From positions 31,603 to 95,602 of the IMG/VR virus record IMGVR_UViG_2928826531_000001: a stretch of DNA of 64,000 nucleotides; one strand, written 5' to 3'. Shown here one piece after another: positions 27,401 through 36,872 of the stretch. The DNA is from a virus. Lineage: Duplodnaviria; Caudoviricetes. The translations under genes were made by a program, and so were the position numbers. The notes under the pieces were generated by a model. That model searched no databases, was not told the DNA's origin, and saw only the letters and a list, made by a program, of their open reading frames with translations. Position 1 is the first letter of the stretch, and each line of letters opens with the position of its first letter.

Positions 27401-30400
27401 TCTACGTCTCGGCGACGAGCGCCCGGCCGGCGACGCCGGTCACCACGACCTTCCTGTCGCAGTACACGATCACCGACCTGCCGGCCAACGCGCGCCGGTA
27501 CCTGTGGCTGCGCGCCAAGGACGCCAGCGACAATTTCGGCAACTTCGTCGGCCCGGCCGCGGTCACGACCGGCGCCATCGTCGCCGGCGACTTCGACGCC
27601 GGGGCGCCGGCGACGCCGACCGGGCTGGCCCTGGCGCAGAACAACGCGCCGCTGGCCGACGGCACGCTGTCGACGCGCCTGAACATCACCTGGACCGCCA
27701 ACAGCGAATCTGACCTCGACGGCTACGAGCTGGAGGTGCGTGAGGGGCTGACCGCCGGCTGGCCGGGCAACGCCGCCACGCCGACCGGCATTCCGGCGGG
27801 CAACACGACGGCCTACGCGCTCACCGTGCGCGCGGGCTTCACCTACGGCGTCAAGATCCGCGCCAAGGACTTCCTCGGCCAGACCTCGGGCTGGTCGGCG
27901 GAGGTCGTGCTCGGCGTCACCGGCGACGCGGTTGGCCCGGCCAAGCCGACCGGCGTGCAGACGACCGCGCTATTCCAGGCGATCCGCGTCGACTGGGTGA
28001 ACCCGAGCGACGCCGACTTCGACCAGGTGCGCGTCTGGGCCAACACGAGCAGCGACGCCGCGACGAAGACGCTGGTCTGGGAGGGCCACGCCTCGTCCTT
28101 CACACACGAGGTCAACACCGCCGGGGCGACGCGCTACTACTGGCTCGAAGCGCTCGATATCAGCGGCAACCCGTCGGGCTTCACCGGCCCGTACAGCGCG
28201 ACGACCGCGACCCTGTCGGCCGGCAGCTTCGCGTCCGACGCCCAGCCGGTGAAGACCGTCACCGCCAACCCGCTTGCCGCCGGCAACCTGAACAACGGCA
28301 GCCTCGGCGGCGGCGCGACGACGATCAGCTACGGCGGCCGCCTCTACACCTGGGATGGCGCGAAGTGGGTCGACGCGGTTAGCGCGAGCAACCTCTCCGG
28401 CCAGATCGGTGACGGCCAGATCAGTGGCGTCAGCACGGGCAAGCTGTCCGGCACGATCGCCGACAACCAGATCGCCGGGCTCAGCGCGGCCAAGGTCACG
28501 GGCGACCTGACCAACGCCCAGATCAACGTCAGCAAGCTCCAGGGCCAGATCGCCAACAGCCAGCTCGGCACCGGGATCGACGCCGCCAAGCTGTCGGGCG
28601 ACATCACCAACGCCACCATGGCGGCCGGCAAGATCACCGGGCAGATCACGCAGACCCAGATCACCGACGGCGCCATCAGCACGCCGAAGCTGGCGGCGGG
28701 CTCGGTGGTCGCTTCCAAGCTGGCCGTCGTTCCGAACAACCTGTGCCCCGATCCGTTGTTCCTCGACCAGTCCTTCTGGACGCCGGACGCGGGCGGCTGG
28801 TTCTTCGAGAAGACTACCAACGCGAACGAACTCGGCACCTTCTCCTACGTCGTCCTGTGGGATGGGTCCTACACCGGGTCCGCGCGCAGGCACGTCTGGT
28901 CACCCGCGCTACCCTACGCGGGGGCCAACCGCACGCTGCGTTTCCGCGCCCGCGGTGCGGTGACCAACACCACGCAGACGGTCTACGCCGGGGTTCAGTG
29001 TTGGGACAATGCCAACAACTTCCTCGCCATGACCTCGGTGTCCTGGGGAGCGAGCCCGGCCGGAACGGGTGTGAGTGTTCAGGAAAGCACCATCGTCGTC
29101 CCGGCGAACACAGCGCTCCTGAAACTCGTGGTCTTCCAGGACGGCACCGCGCCTTGGAAGGGCGTCGCCAAAGTCTCCGAGGTGGAGCTGTGCGAGGCCG
29201 CCACCGCCTCGATGATCGTCGATGGCGCCGTCGTGGCCGGCAAGATCGCCACCAACGCGGTGACCGCCGGCACCGTCGCGGCCGGCGTGATCTCGGCGCG
29301 GGAGATCCAGACCGGGGCCATCACGGCGTCGAAGATCGGCGTGACCGATCTCACGAACTTGGTGCCCAACAATCTGTTCGACGACAACGCCGCCGGCTGG
29401 TATCGCGCGAGCGGGCAGCCGGTGTCGCTGCTCACGACTTGGGGCGCCGACTGGGGACCGAACGGCGCGCTGCGCGTCGAGCCCAACGAATGGCACTACT
29501 CGCCGCGCTTCGAGGTCGAGCCTCTGCGCGAATACTATGTGTCGTCCTACATCACGACCAACAACACCGGCCTGGTCGACCTGTTCATCGACTTCCTCGA
29601 CAAGAACGGAGGCTTCCTCTCCAACGCCCAGCTGATCACCTCCAAGCCGTTTCCGGACAACTCCACGATCTCCGGCTCCTTCACGGTTCCGGCGAACACC
29701 TTCTACGCGCGGGTCTGCTACCGGAAGTCCGTCAACTACATGGCGGTCGGTCATCCAACCGTCCGCATGAAGAACAACGGCAGCTTGATCGTCGACGGGA
29801 CGATCCAGTCCAACCATGTCGCGTCCCAGGCGATCACCACCAGCAAGCTGCTGGTCGCCTCGACCGGCGCGGCGCTCAACGCCGACCCGAGCCTGCTGGA
29901 CATTTCGGCGTGGCAGTATTGGGACGGCGGATCGGCCCAGGCGCTTTTCACGATGGTGAGCGATGGCGCGGCCGGCAACAACGTCGTCCGCTCCCTGGGC
30001 GGCCACGTCAACGGGACGTGGATGTATGCCCGGCAGCGCATCGCGGTCGACCCGACAAAGTCCTACCGGGTGCGCTGCCTCGCGCGCCGGTCCTCCGACG
30101 CGACCGGCCTCTTCTACATGGGCGTCGCGGCGTTCGACTTCCAAGGCAACAACCTGGACAGCGGCGGCAACGGCGGCCGCGGTGGCAGCCAGTGGTTCTA
30201 CGCCGCGTCGGCGGTGACGCCCGGCACGGGCTGGACGACCTACGTCGGCCGCTTTGGCGCCGGGACTGACCTGCCGATCCCGAGCAACGTCAAGACCATC
30301 AGCCCGCTGTTCATTTTGAACTACGGCTCCGGCGCGGCTGGCTACATGGAGGTCCAGGACCTCCGCCTGGAAGAGTGCGTCCCCGGCTCGCTGATCGTGG

Positions 30401-33400
30401 ACGGCGCCATCACCGGCGACAAGGTGGCGGCAAACGCCATCTCGGCCCGGCACATCGTCATCTCCGACGCCGAGAACCTGATCCCGGACAACGCCTTCCT
30501 GGACGCCAACTCCTGGGTTTACGCCGGCACTTGGGCGGGACCCGCTGCGGGCCGCGTCGGGTTGGCGGCGGTCTCGGGGTGGCGCACGGCCTACGGCTAC
30601 GAGTTCCGCTCCTACGAAGGCAACATCTGCTCGCAACCCTTCACGATGATCCCTGGGGACCAGTATCGGTTCGGGTTCCAGGGCTGGTCGAACTCCAGCG
30701 ACATCTCCATCGAGATGTGGGTTCACAACGAAGAGACCGACTACTGGTATCGCCTCGGCTTCTGGTATCCGAACGGCAGTCTTGTCGATTACGCCTTCAC
30801 CTGGACGGCGCCGTCTGATCTTCGCCGCGCTCGCTTCCACCTGATCCGCCGTGGCGGGACCAGCGCCACCAACGTTTGGGCGACGGTCGCGGCCCCTTAC
30901 TGCCGGCGTCTGAACGGCGGCGAGCTAATCGTCGATGGCGCGGTGACCGCCAACAAGATCGGCGCGCTCGCGGTCACCGGCGACAAGGTCGCGGCGGGCA
31001 CGCTGACGGTCGACAAGCTCGCCGTTTTCTCGACCGGCAACTTGATGGCCGGGGCGGACCTGTCCGCCGGCAAGACCTATTGGAATCTCAGCTGGAACCA
31101 GAACAACAACCCGCATGACTTCGGTCAGGATGGTCCCGACGCCAATTGGTATCCGGTCGGTGGGCACTCGCTGTTCGTCCACCAGACCAGCGGCGGTGCT
31201 GGGATCATCGATTACAAGTATATGCACCCGAGTGTCGGCGGCCTCTCCGAGCGCGTTCCCGTCGAGCCTGGAAAGTATGTCGAGTTCAGCTTCTACGCCC
31301 TCGCGCACCGCTGCTCCGTGGTGGCGCTGCTCATCTTCGATGACGCCAACGGCAACTACATCACGGAAATTCCGTCTGCCCCCTGCACCACGCCGGGGAC
31401 GAACGGGAAGCAGTTGTCGCTTTGGGTTCGCCTCTGGGTCAAGGCCCAGGTGCCGAGCAACGCCGCGACCGTGCGCCTCATCATGCGCAAGAGCGGCACC
31501 GACGCCGGGCAGAGCGACAGCTGGGCCTTCTGGACGCATCCCTTCTACGGGTATTGCGGCGCGAACGCCACGGAGCCCCAACCCTGGCAGCCGGGCGGCT
31601 CGACCGCGATCTCCGGCGCGAGCCTGGTCACCGGTTCCATCGTCGCCGACAAGCTGGCGGTGAACTCCGTCACGGCCAATGCCATTGCTGCTGGCGCGGT
31701 CACCGTTGACAAGCTGGCGGCGAACAGCATCACCGCGACCAAGCTGGCGCTCGGCGATCTGACCAACCTCGTCCCGGACAACAACCTGGACGAAATGTCG
31801 TGGGGCAACTGGAACGCCAATGGCTCGCTGACCAGGGTCAACGCGACGGGTGACTGGCGGGCCACGCGGATTTTCCAGGTGGATATGCCTGGAAACGACT
31901 GGTGCCATGTCGCCTCCGGCAATTTTCGCGTCGAGCCGGGTAAATCCTACCGCATCTCCGGCATGTTCCAGAGGAACGGGTCGGCGACGGGGACTGCGAC
32001 GATCTATGTGGATTGGCTCACCTGGGACGGGCAGTGGATTTACAACGCGGGCAACTGGGACCAGTCGGTGGGGAACACCGGCCCGCAGGAAATCGCCGCA
32101 ACGCTCGTTGCTCCAGCCAACGCGGCGTTTGCCCGTCTGCTCTACCGTATCGGCAGCACGGCGACCGGCCGGTGGTTCTTCGGCGGCGCCATCGTCAAGC
32201 GGCTGTATGGCGGCGAGCTGATCGTCGACGGGACGATCACCACCAACCACATGGGCGCCAACACGATCAACGGCGATCGGATCACCGGCGGCACCATCGC
32301 CGGCGACAAGATCACCGCCGGCACGATCACCGGCGACCGCCTGGCGCTCGGCTTCGCGAAGATGGACGCAATCCGCGTCGTCGGGCACAGCAACAACGTC
32401 ACGGCCGGCCCGACCAACGGCGTCTACATCAACAACGCGCGGCGCGGCGAGAACCTGACGCGCGGCCTCAACGCCTGGGCGTTCGACCGCAGCACGCACG
32501 CCTTCATCGAGTTCCGCTCCTGGGACCTCTACGGCAACTATAGCCTTGCCGGCGACATGATGAACTGGCTGAACGCCCAGGGCAGCGACCGCCTGATCTT
32601 CATCGCCAGCTACGACGCCCATCGGGTTGCGGACGACGGCCTGCTGACCGCGCTGAAGCGCATCGGCGCCTCCAGCGCCGCCAAGACCGCCGACGCCAAC
32701 CGCTACCCCTACGCCCTGATCGGCTGGGGCGGGCTGGGCGAGGGCAACGGCCTCGAAATGCGCAAGGATGGCAACAGCACCGTCCCGGCCGAGGTGTCGA
32801 CGCTGTGGTGCGACAGCAACGTCTTCGGGATTTCCACCGGCTCCGGTCCGTTCACGACGATCGAGCCCGGCCGGATCCTGGTCGGTGGCACCAACGGCCT
32901 CGACGGCTACTTCAACGGCACCACCATCGACGGCGGCAAGCTCACCGCCAACAGCGTCCAGGGCGACCGCATCATCGCCGGGACGATGTCGGGCGACCGC
33001 ATCGCCGCCGGCTCGCTCGGCGTGTCGGCGCTCGCCACCTTCGCCACCGCGAACATGCTGGTCAACAGTGACTTCGCGGGCGGCACCTGGGGTTGGCAGT
33101 ATACTGGCACCAACAATGGCGTTCCCCATAACTACGGCATTGATTTGCCCGGATGGTTCCCGGTCGGTTCTCACGCGCTCTACATCGAGCAACTGAGCGG
33201 AACGTCGGGAGGTGTCTTTGATGCCTACTACCGACACCCGAACGCCGCCGCCGGGTGGCCCCGGCTCCCCATCGAACCTGGGCAGACCTACGAGTTCTCG
33301 GCCTATACCGGCAATCATCGCTGCTCTGGGAACCTCTACATCGCTTGGTATGACTCGGCGGGGAATGGTCTTGGCACCACGGCGCTCACGGCGGCCTGCA

Positions 33401-34194
33401 CCAACAACGCCGAAGCCGGAGGCGGGCAGTTGTTGTCGGGGTGGAAGCGGCTGTGGGTCAAGGGGACCGCACCGAGCAACGCGGCCTACGCGGAACCGGT
33501 GATCCGCAAGAACAACACCTTCTCGGGCCAAGCGAACAGCTACATGTTCGTTGCCTACGTCTTCTTCGGCGTCTGCGGTATCAACGCGACGGGACCGCAA
33601 CCGTGGGCTCCGGCGGGTCAGACGACCATCCTGGGCGACCAGATCAGCACCGGCACGTTGAACGCCAACCGCATCGTCGCCGGCACGATCACCGGCAATC
33701 TGATCGGCAACGCCGAGCTGGGCACGCTGAAGCTGGCGGGCAACGCGGTGACGGTGCCCTCGGCCGGCTACTACCCGGAGGAGGTTTGGGTCGGCAATGT
33801 CTTCACCGACAACCCGGCGGCGTGGTGGTACGGCTCGACGGCCGACTTCGTCAGCGACGGCTCGCCGGTCCTTCTCGTCGGGTCGTTCGTGGCGCGCATT
33901 GATGACGGCGGGTCGTCGACCAACAACAACTGCGCCGGCTGGATCGAGCGCGTGAACTGGGGCGACAGCAACAACATCACGCGCATCACCAGCCAATCGA
34001 TCTTCCTGCAAAACCTCGCGGTGGGCACCTCCTGGCCGTCGAACGCCGGTTGCTTCACGGCGGTTGCCGTCGACTACCCGCCGGCCGGCATGACCGTCCG
34101 ATACAAGATCATGGCGGCGAAGGGCAAAGGCGCCGGCTCGCCGAACGTCTGGGTCTCTAATCGCGGTATCTATCATATGGCCTGCAAACGGTGA
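24424..34194 (+). CDS. Giant tail tip / host specificity protein J (about 3256 aa)
   Basis: EGEI.GLV, YP.TAL, TDNPAW..YDLLT, GCTSRGQA.R.G.W; FN3 repeats; seven CBM-like modules with IVDG-AITA-K linkers; ILEI-like domain. Confidence 0.93.
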   Translation: MTEMNLRGILGAGGGKSGGSSGAGAVEDPNNLQSNTIARFLDVIAEGEIGGLVDGAKSIYINGTPLQASDGTYNFAGVSWQSRNGTTWQAPVAGFSDVEHEVNLNNRKITVAGSPGPLITTIENGTIDRLRVTMAVDALTQQDTSNGNLHGAAVQYAIDTRPEGGAWTEVLNDTISGKTTSTFPKAVYVSKPAGATGRWDFRVRRLTPDSTTVTLRNDLYVVSYTEITDSWLVYPDTALMAVEIDAKQFGSSIPDRTYEVWGRKIRVPANYDPVARTYAISGPGTSGGIWDGSFKLAVTDNPAWVLYDLLTDERAGLGAVFGGLAPDKGSFYQIAKYCDASIPDGFGGTEPRFRCSCVLNTREEAYKVLQSIASSFRGMLYWASGTVYAAADMPADPAKLVTPANVIDGLISYEGTALKARHSVVAVTWYDPADGYKPAVELVEDPELIALYGWRQADVTAYGCTSRGQARRQGLWVLNSERYETETATWTAALDHADVKPGDIVEIRDPVRAGVRFGGRLAGVTDAHRVTLDAPVDLAAGHSYQLSVMLPTGAVESRPVVTDGQAKTLLTLDLDTPYSMTPEVGKVWALVGTDVSSSLWRVVANQQSEAHLYKITALKHDSTKYARIELGLKIDPLAYTRLTTGDAVPAPQNVTVTKQTYSVPGGLRTRFLLSWSPPNSAIVSAYQVQYETPSGLWVDAGKIVTVSYEINDLEIGSYRFRVRSLTKDNRGSSWVMASSTVAATDEEFAAPPQTPTQLTLNTSVYEDERAGTTLVALGAAWVPGFDSDIKHFEVAHKRTSDTEWTVDRTTDTVKTWWVDAGTEYHVKVRAVDLLDQPSAYTADAVITSAIPLTKPSAPALSDATLNEHNLGETTVRRKVDVHWAANPVEERVSSYIVMVGSAALQGGFEMPATGTSYSYEWTGSRGPGYTHVRVRAVNVKGQKSDWSAWFPLTVVADTTPPADPTGLTASPGLRLLNWSWTNPTDDDFAGVEVYVSATSARPATPVTTTFLSQYTITDLPANARRYLWLRAKDASDNFGNFVGPAAVTTGAIVAGDFDAGAPATPTGLALAQNNAPLADGTLSTRLNITWTANSESDLDGYELEVREGLTAGWPGNAATPTGIPAGNTTAYALTVRAGFTYGVKIRAKDFLGQTSGWSAEVVLGVTGDAVGPAKPTGVQTTALFQAIRVDWVNPSDADFDQVRVWANTSSDAATKTLVWEGHASSFTHEVNTAGATRYYWLEALDISGNPSGFTGPYSATTATLSAGSFASDAQPVKTVTANPLAAGNLNNGSLGGGATTISYGGRLYTWDGAKWVDAVSASNLSGQIGDGQISGVSTGKLSGTIADNQIAGLSAAKVTGDLTNAQINVSKLQGQIANSQLGTGIDAAKLSGDITNATMAAGKITGQITQTQITDGAISTPKLAAGSVVASKLAVVPNNLCPDPLFLDQSFWTPDAGGWFFEKTTNANELGTFSYVVLWDGSYTGSARRHVWSPALPYAGANRTLRFRARGAVTNTTQTVYAGVQCWDNANNFLAMTSVSWGASPAGTGVSVQESTIVVPANTALLKLVVFQDGTAPWKGVAKVSEVELCEAATASMIVDGAVVAGKIATNAVTAGTVAAGVISAREIQTGAITASKIGVTDLTNLVPNNLFDDNAAGWYRASGQPVSLLTTWGADWGPNGALRVEPNEWHYSPRFEVEPLREYYVSSYITTNNTGLVDLFIDFLDKNGGFLSNAQLITSKPFPDNSTISGSFTVPANTFYARVCYRKSVNYMAVGHPTVRMKNNGSLIVDGTIQSNHVASQAITTSKLLVASTGAALNADPSLLDISAWQYWDGGSAQALFTMVSDGAAGNNVVRSLGGHVNGTWMYARQRIAVDPTKSYRVRCLARRSSDATGLFYMGVAAFDFQGNNLDSGGNGGRGGSQWFYAASAVTPGTGWTTYVGRFGAGTDLPIPSNVKTISPLFILNYGSGAAGYMEVQDLRLEECVPGSLIVDGAITGDKVAANAISARHIVISDAENLIPDNAFLDANSWVYAGTWAGPAAGRVGLAAVSGWRTAYGYEFRSYEGNICSQPFTMIPGDQYRFGFQGWSNSSDISIEMWVHNEETDYWYRLGFWYPNGSLVDYAFTWTAPSDLRRARFHLIRRGGTSATNVWATVAAPYCRRLNGGELIVDGAVTANKIGALAVTGDKVAAGTLTVDKLAVFSTGNLMAGADLSAGKTYWNLSWNQNNNPHDFGQDGPDANWYPVGGHSLFVHQTSGGAGIIDYKYMHPSVGGLSERVPVEPGKYVEFSFYALAHRCSVVALLIFDDANGNYITEIPSAPCTTPGTNGKQLSLWVRLWVKAQVPSNAATVRLIMRKSGTDAGQSDSWAFWTHPFYGYCGANATEPQPWQPGGSTAISGASLVTGSIVADKLAVNSVTANAIAAGAVTVDKLAANSITATKLALGDLTNLVPDNNLDEMSWGNWNANGSLTRVNATGDWRATRIFQVDMPGNDWCHVASGNFRVEPGKSYRISGMFQRNGSATGTATIYVDWLTWDGQWIYNAGNWDQSVGNTGPQEIAATLVAPANAAFARLLYRIGSTATGRWFFGGAIVKRLYGGELIVDGTITTNHMGANTINGDRITGGTIAGDKITAGTITGDRLALGFAKMDAIRVVGHSNNVTAGPTNGVYINNARRGENLTRGLNAWAFDRSTHAFIEFRSWDLYGNYSLAGDMMNWLNAQGSDRLIFIASYDAHRVADDGLLTALKRIGASSAAKTADANRYPYALIGWGGLGEGNGLEMRKDGNSTVPAEVSTLWCDSNVFGISTGSGPFTTIEPGRILVGGTNGLDGYFNGTTIDGGKLTANSVQGDRIIAGTMSGDRIAAGSLGVSALATFATANMLVNSDFAGGTWGWQYTGTNNGVPHNYGIDLPGWFPVGSHALYIEQLSGTSGGVFDAYYRHPNAAAGWPRLPIEPGQTYEFSAYTGNHRCSGNLYIAWYDSAGNGLGTTALTAACTNNAEAGGGQLLSGWKRLWVKGTAPSNAAYAEPVIRKNNTFSGQANSYMFVAYVFFGVCGINATGPQPWAPAGQTTILGDQISTGTLNANRIVAGTITGNLIGNAELGTLKLAGNAVTVPSAGYYPEEVWVGNVFTDNPAAWWYGSTADFVSDGSPVLLVGSFVARIDDGGSSTNNNCAGWIERVNWGDSNNITRITSQSIFLQNLAVGTSWPSNAGCFTAVAVDYPPAGMTVRYKIMAAKGKGAGSPNVWVSNRGIYHMACKR

Positions 34195-34616
34195 TGAGCA
34201 TGAGCGACGAGACGGAAACCCTCCAGGTCACCATCCAGGTCAGCCCCTACGACGCGGCCACCGGCCGCGTCCTCGGCACGCTGACCCTGCCGCCATCCGG
34301 GCTGCCGCTCCAGACCGTGCCGCTCTACCTGGGCGTGCTTGACAGCGCGACGCAGTACGTCGACCCGGCGAGCGGCGAGGCGCGCGAGCGCCCGCTCCTC
34401 GACCTCACCGTCGACACGACGACGATCCGCGCCGACGGATCCGACGTGGCGACGATCAGCGGCATCCCGCCGGGCACCGTCGTCTACTCACCGCTCGGCC
34501 GCCACGTCATCGACGACGGCGTGCTCGAATACACGACCGTCTACCCGGGCGACCACCGCTTCGTCATCGACGCCTTTCCCGCGCAGCGCCAGGAGGTCAC
34601 GATCCATGCGAATTAA
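34194..34616 (+). CDS. Tail-associated protein
   Basis: YD..TG.V..T pattern, follows J with overlapping stop/start. Confidence 0.65.
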   Translation: MSMSDETETLQVTIQVSPYDAATGRVLGTLTLPPSGLPLQTVPLYLGVLDSATQYVDPASGEARERPLLDLTVDTTTIRADGSDVATISGIPPGTVVYSPLGRHVIDDGVLEYTTVYPGDHRFVIDAFPAQRQEVTIHAN

Positions 34617-35121
34617 CAACGCCCCCGCCGACTGGAGCGGCGTGCGCGCCCGGCGCGACCAGCTGCTCGTCGCCTGCGACTGGACGCAGATGCCCGACGC
34701 GCCGCTCGACGCCGCGCTCAAGGAGGCTTGGCGCGCCTACCGCCAGCAGCTCCGCGATCTCACCGACACCTTCTCCGACCCGACCGCCGTCGTGTGGCCG
34801 GCGCAGCCGACCGAGGCGTCGCCCGCGCCACCGCCGGTCCCCACCAGCATCAGCGATCGCCAGTTCTTCCAGCAGCTTGCGACCGTCGGCATCATCTCGC
34901 AGGCCGAGGCTCTGGCCGCGGTGAAGACCGGCGCCATTCCGGCGGCGCTCGCCGGAATCCTCGACGCCCTGCCGGACGACCAGAAGTTCGCCGCCGAGAT
35001 GCTGCTCAGTGGGGCGACGACCTTTGAACGCGCTCACCCGCTGTCGGTCGCCATCGGCACGGCCCGCGGCATGACGGCGGCGGAGGTCGACGCCTTCTTC
35101 CGCGCGGCGGCGGCGCTGTGA
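34606..35121 (+). CDS. Tail fibre assembly chaperone
   Basis: R..RD.LL..CDWTQMPDAPL...W..YRQ.LRDL...WP plus a second SISDRQF domain; AGGAGG RBS. Confidence 0.85.
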   Translation: MRINNAPADWSGVRARRDQLLVACDWTQMPDAPLDAALKEAWRAYRQQLRDLTDTFSDPTAVVWPAQPTEASPAPPPVPTSISDRQFFQQLATVGIISQAEALAAVKTGAIPAALAGILDALPDDQKFAAEMLLSGATTFERAHPLSVAIGTARGMTAAEVDAFFRAAAAL

Positions 35122-35378
35122 CCCCGCGCGCCTTCCTGCTCAACCTGGCCGTCGCCGTCGACCAGCTCGCGAGCGCGCTGACCGGCGGGGCGGCCGACGA
35201 GACGATTTCCAGCCGTCTCGGCAAGGCGCAGCGCGGCGACTATGGGCCGCGCTGGCGGACCGCCACCGCGCCGCTGCGGTGGCTGGTCGACGCCCTGTTC
35301 CGTCTGCTGACCGGACAACCGGATCACTGCCGCACGCACATCGAAGAGGATGAGGGCTGGGACAAGCTGACGCCCTGA
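35118..35378 (+). CDS. Conserved phage protein
   Basis: N...AVDQL..ALTGG..DETISSR.GK...HC. Confidence 0.7.
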   Translation: MTPRAFLLNLAVAVDQLASALTGGAADETISSRLGKAQRGDYGPRWRTATAPLRWLVDALFRLLTGQPDHCRTHIEEDEGWDKLTP

Positions 35379-35382
35379 TCCA

Positions 35383-35420
35383 CCGCGACAAGACACCAAT
35401 CCGGCCGCCATCGTGCGGCC
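35383..35420 (+). repeat. Direct repeat copy 1
   Basis: CCGCGACAAGACACCAATCCGGCCGCCATCGTGCGGCC, near-identical to 36806-36842. Confidence 0.75.
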
Positions 35421-35443
35421 GCCCGCACCCAAGGAGAATCGCC

Positions 35444-35830
35444 ATGCAAAGCCCCGACCTGTGCACCGCCCTCATCGGCCTGATCGACACCGCCTACAAG
35501 GCCGGCGACCACCTCGACGCCGACGGCGCCGTCAAGCGCGACTGGCTCTACGCGGCCGTGGCGATGGCCGCGATCGGCCACAGCGCCCGCGACCGCATCG
35601 CCACGCTGGCCGCCGCCGCGCTGTCGAGCCTGAGCAACTCCGAGCGCACCGCCTTCGCCGACGCCTACGAGCTGCCGCCGGCGGTGACGCGCCTGCTGAT
35701 GGCCGGGCCGGTCGAGTGGCCGGTGCTGCCCGCCGCGGCGCCGGTGATCCCGGTCTACGTGCCGCCGGCGCCCACGGCCGAGGATCCGGACGACGAGAGC
35801 CCCGCGCGCGAAGCGGCCGACGCCGGATGA
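35444..35830 (+). CDS. Hypothetical protein
   Basis: AAGGAG RBS, coding-like codon usage. Confidence 0.65.
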   Translation: MQSPDLCTALIGLIDTAYKAGDHLDADGAVKRDWLYAAVAMAAIGHSARDRIATLAAAALSSLSNSERTAFADAYELPPAVTRLLMAGPVEWPVLPAAAPVIPVYVPPAPTAEDPDDESPAREAADAG

Positions 35831-35891
35831 TTTGCCGCGCCAAGCTGCTCTCCCTGGCCGCCGGTGGGCGGATTTTTTATGGAGGACACGC

Positions 35892-36413
35892 ATGAACACA
35901 CTCACCATCGCCACTGTTGCGTTGCTGCTGGCCTGCGCCTGCCGGGAACGCGGCCAATGGCACAGTTGGCTCGGCACGACGGGGGCCCGCGTGCTGTTCT
36001 GGGGATTTCCCGTTGGCGCTGTCTCGTACGCGCTCACCGGCGCGGCATGGCCGTCCATGGCGTCGGGGGCGCTCGCCTATGTTGGCATGGCAGTGATCCC
36101 ACATGGGGCAGGGCAAAACCTGGCCGTGGCGTGGTCGGGTCCGGTCGACGACGGACTCGCTGGCATCAATCGCGCCGAGCGTATGGGTTATATGGCAACG
36201 GCCTGGGCCGCGCGTATGTGGCTGATCGCGCTGCCCCTCGCGCCAGAGCATCCGGCCGCGCTGTGGCTGCCGATCATCGGCGCGTGGGCAGCAGTCGCCT
36301 ACCTACTCGGCCTTTATCTGCCAGTATTCCACTGGCGGCTGACCTGCGCAACGGAGTGGGGCGAGTTTCTGACCGGCCTTGGCGTCGGCGCCGCGCTCGC
36401 CGGCGCCCTCTAA
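35892..36413 (+). CDS. Multi-pass membrane protein
   Basis: GGAGG RBS; several TM segments; ends TEWGEFLTG. Confidence 0.65.
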   Translation: MNTLTIATVALLLACACRERGQWHSWLGTTGARVLFWGFPVGAVSYALTGAAWPSMASGALAYVGMAVIPHGAGQNLAVAWSGPVDDGLAGINRAERMGYMATAWAARMWLIALPLAPEHPAALWLPIIGAWAAVAYLLGLYLPVFHWRLTCATEWGEFLTGLGVGAALAGAL

Positions 36414-36430
36414 TCACAGCGCTCCGGCGT

Positions 36431-36718
36431 TCATGGCACCTTGGCCGTGTCGCAGATGTAAATCACGTTCCACCTTAGGAACGCCGAGGTGATCCCGCTC
36501 GGCACCGCCGATACGTTCACGATCTCCGGCTTCGTCGCGCAAGATGCGGTCGTGTATCGGTCAACATCACGGCGCATCTGGTCCTGGTTGTTGTCCGACA
36601 GTCCGCTCAGTGTCCAGAGCGGGCGGCCGTCTTTCATGCCGGACAGGGCGGGCATCGACTGCGGGCCTGTGCAGGCGGCCAGAGTGATGAGAGCGGCGAG
36701 GGCGGATAAGCGAATCAT
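36431..36718 (-). CDS. Small lipoprotein moron
   Basis: MIRLSALAALITLAA-C lipobox; antisense to the late operon. Confidence 0.7.
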   Translation of the reverse strand: MIRLSALAALITLAACTGPQSMPALSGMKDGRPLWTLSGLSDNNQDQMRRDVDRYTTASCATKPEIVNVSAVPSGITSAFLRWNVIYICDTAKVP

Positions 36719-36805
36719 GAGGTCTAGCTTCGCTGGTCTGCTGAGACTGTCAAGACAAAGGTGGCCTTGGAGCCATAGGCCAACGGTCAGGGCGTCGCCC
36801 GCGCC

Positions 36806-36842
36806 CCGCGACAAGACATCAACCCGGCCGCCGCGTGCGGCC
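36806..36842 (+). repeat. Direct repeat copy 2
   Basis: CCGCGACAAGACATCAACCCGGCCGCCGCGTGCGGCC. Confidence 0.75.
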
Positions 36843-36872
36843 ATTTTCATGCCCGAGAGGAGGTCATCGACA

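Noticed and set aside
31039-33620. Paralogous J modules 5 and 7 as a DGR template/variable repeat pair
   Set aside because: Divergence is broad and not adenine-specific, and no reverse transcriptase is present in the window
24439-34176. Long antisense ORFs (925, 643 and 1083 aa) and similar ones such as 2412-4577
   Set aside because: Shadow ORFs caused by high-GC codon bias opposite real genes
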